DNA of 64,000 nucleotides from Mytilus trossulus (Eukaryota): NCBI RefSeq assembly GCF_036588685.1, contig NC_086386.1, positions 32,798,001 to 32,862,000 of the forward strand, read 5' to 3'. Shown piece by piece: positions 61,701 to 64,000 of this stretch (position 1 is its first letter; each line of letters starts with the position of its first letter). The notes under the pieces were generated by a model. It saw only the letters and a program-made list of their open reading frames with translations, ran no database searches and was not told where the DNA came from. The position numbers and the translations under genes were made by a program.

Positions 61701-64000
61701 TTGAATCACAAAATGTTTAAAAACCAAATTGAGTCCGAAGTTGAAGAGCATTGAGGACCAAAAATTCATAAAAGTTTTGCCAGATACAGCTGAGGTAATC
61801 TGTTCCTGAGGTAGAAAAGCCTTAGTTTTGTCGAAATTACGATCTTTGGTCTTTGAAAATTTTGTAAAAATGACAGTTGTCTCTAAACACGATCACAAAA
61901 AATTCAAAGTTTTGTTTACAGTTAATTTATAATTATGAACATATCAATGATGCATCAAGTCAACAGTGAACGCAAAGGTGCTGACTACACAAAAGCTTCA
62001 TTATAGTCTTTTGTTGCATCACATCCCTAAGTACTTATCATTTTTTAAAGTTAGTGATAAATAATCATAAGGTATAGGAAATGAAATTAAATTATTATAC
62101 ACCAAAACACTAATAGTCTATATTAAACAGACAAACGACTAGCATACATGCTATACAAAAAAAGTAAACCATGCGCATTGTTTGTTTTTAAAGTCTCACC
62201 TGTATTTAGTGTTGCAGAACTTTGCATTTTAACCAGGACGTTTATACGTCATCTGCTTAAAAATGGACGCACTTTGTGTCGTTTGTGTAAAATGAAAGTA
62301 GGATATTATACCTAGTTTGACACAAGGTAAAACTTCATTACTGTTGATTAAAATATTAATGTTAATGCGCATATTTCATAATTAACGTCATGTTGGTGTT
62401 TAATAGAACATGTACATACAATATGTGTTCTCTTGTTCCTGTCACTACTACTAAAATATTGATGTCAGCTGACAGAAGCAATCATACTATACTATTTTGA
62501 AAAAGAAATAAATTACACACTCTTAAAAAATTGTGTGTAGACATAATGTCAATATAAATGAAAACTGATACATTGGCCATGTTTATATGTTTTATATGAG
62601 GTGTGTAGTTTTATATTGATAATTTCATTTTGTCCTAAGGCTTGCTATATTTATGTGCATCGGTAATACACATTTGCATTTGTGAGAAAATGTTTGTTAT
62701 TAAACTTTCCGAATTCTGTAACAGTTGTTAATATATAAAGTACATATGTAGGTCTCATTAGGCATTATTAGGGACACCAGAGTCGGAGTGACAATTCATT
62801 CAAAGCAGAGCTTCATCCCTTTTTTCACTTGCAATTTATTCTAATTGTTACAATAATTGTTGTGCAGGGAATGACAGTACTTTGATACTGGCTACTGGAT
62901 GTAAACATAAATTTGATTAAATTTGGGAAATATTATAATTATAGTCTCTTCAAAACATCATTAAAGCCATTCGTTGTGAATAAACAAGTAAACACTGTCT
63001 AATAAACGGATCTTTATTTATCCCTTTACTTTTAAAACTTATAATTGACAAATTGTACAACATAGATCTTACTAGCCCTCGTACCTAACAATTTTTAAAG
63101 AACGACTACAATACATACTTATGTTTAGTGACTACTTATGCGCAGTATAATGTTCGTCTCCAAAGTCAAGGTGAACTAAGGATATTTTTGCAATGTTTAT
63201 TTTTAAATGCACCAAGAAAGTACCATTGAACTTCGTGTATGTATTAACATTAATCAATACACGTTTCATGTTGTAAGGTCTGTTACAGCGATGTTATTAT
63301 GATATATTTACATTTAAGACAGACAGCTAGATACCATAAACATACTACGTATACACAAGCCAGAATCTGAGCTTGATTTGCTATATGATATAAAAACTAA
63401 ACTGACGAAAAAAGGTCATTTATTCAAAATCATAAAATGCAAAAAATACATTTTGCTAATAAAACATTTGACATAAAAGTTCATATTTAATATGAAATAA
63501 TAATACATAATTACTACGAAATTACATCAACTAATATCATGTCAATTGAATAAATGACAAAGAATAGCAAAGGTGGGGAGAAAAACCTGCCCCATAAATA
63601 AACATATTTACTTCAAAAGATAATATAAAGGGCGGTCTGTGGGTGGGAATTTTGAACAAATTGTTTGATAAGAATCACAAGTTAACACATCAAATGCTGA
63701 TGATAAAAGGAAGTGACCACAATGCACTTACACGTGAACTCGTGCTGACCCGCAAGGCCATTGACCAATAAGAAAGATGATATCCAATCATGCATTGGTC
63801 ATAAAAGAAATTTCTCTGCACGTGAAAACAAGTTATCTAATTTCAACAATTTATCGTTTAATTAAGTAGGACACTCTGACCCTTTGACCAGACTAGAGAC
63901 ATTATACATTTACAGTAATAAAAGCTCACTCTTTTATTTAAGTCGGTTAGTAATAACCAATTAAACAGAATTATCTTCTCTGCTGTCTTAAATTATTTTA

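Overview
AT-rich eukaryotic DNA with spliceosomal introns. The repeat families and gene content suggest a bivalve mollusc, most likely a Mytilus-type mussel (inference, no search run). By splicing exons by hand I reconstruct four apparently intact genes that the ORF track shows only in part or misses: a secreted coiled-coil+WSC-domain protein (-, 4 exons, 154 aa), a Shisa-like single-pass membrane protein (+, 4 exons, 141 aa), a secreted C1q-domain protein (-, 2 exons, 208 aa), and a three-exon pre-pro-peptide with a C-C-CC-C-C knottin/conotoxin-like framework (+, 91 aa). There is also a multiply disabled pseudogene fusing a DZIP3-like HEPN domain to an NHL/TRIM-type beta-propeller. Mobile DNA includes a 4.56-kb tyrosine-recombinase (DIRS-order) retrotransposon with near-identical split direct repeats and a palindromic junction, several Penelope-like RT relics, a dispersed repeat carrying minimal type I hammerhead ribozymes, a 1.64-kb IS3EU-like foldback element with palindromic 20-bp arrays, a LINE 3' end, MITEs and Helentron-type repeats. 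The HEPN pseudogene and the YR element lie in a ~17-kb block bracketed by diverged ~1.15-kb direct repeats. All coordinates and identities were read by eye.
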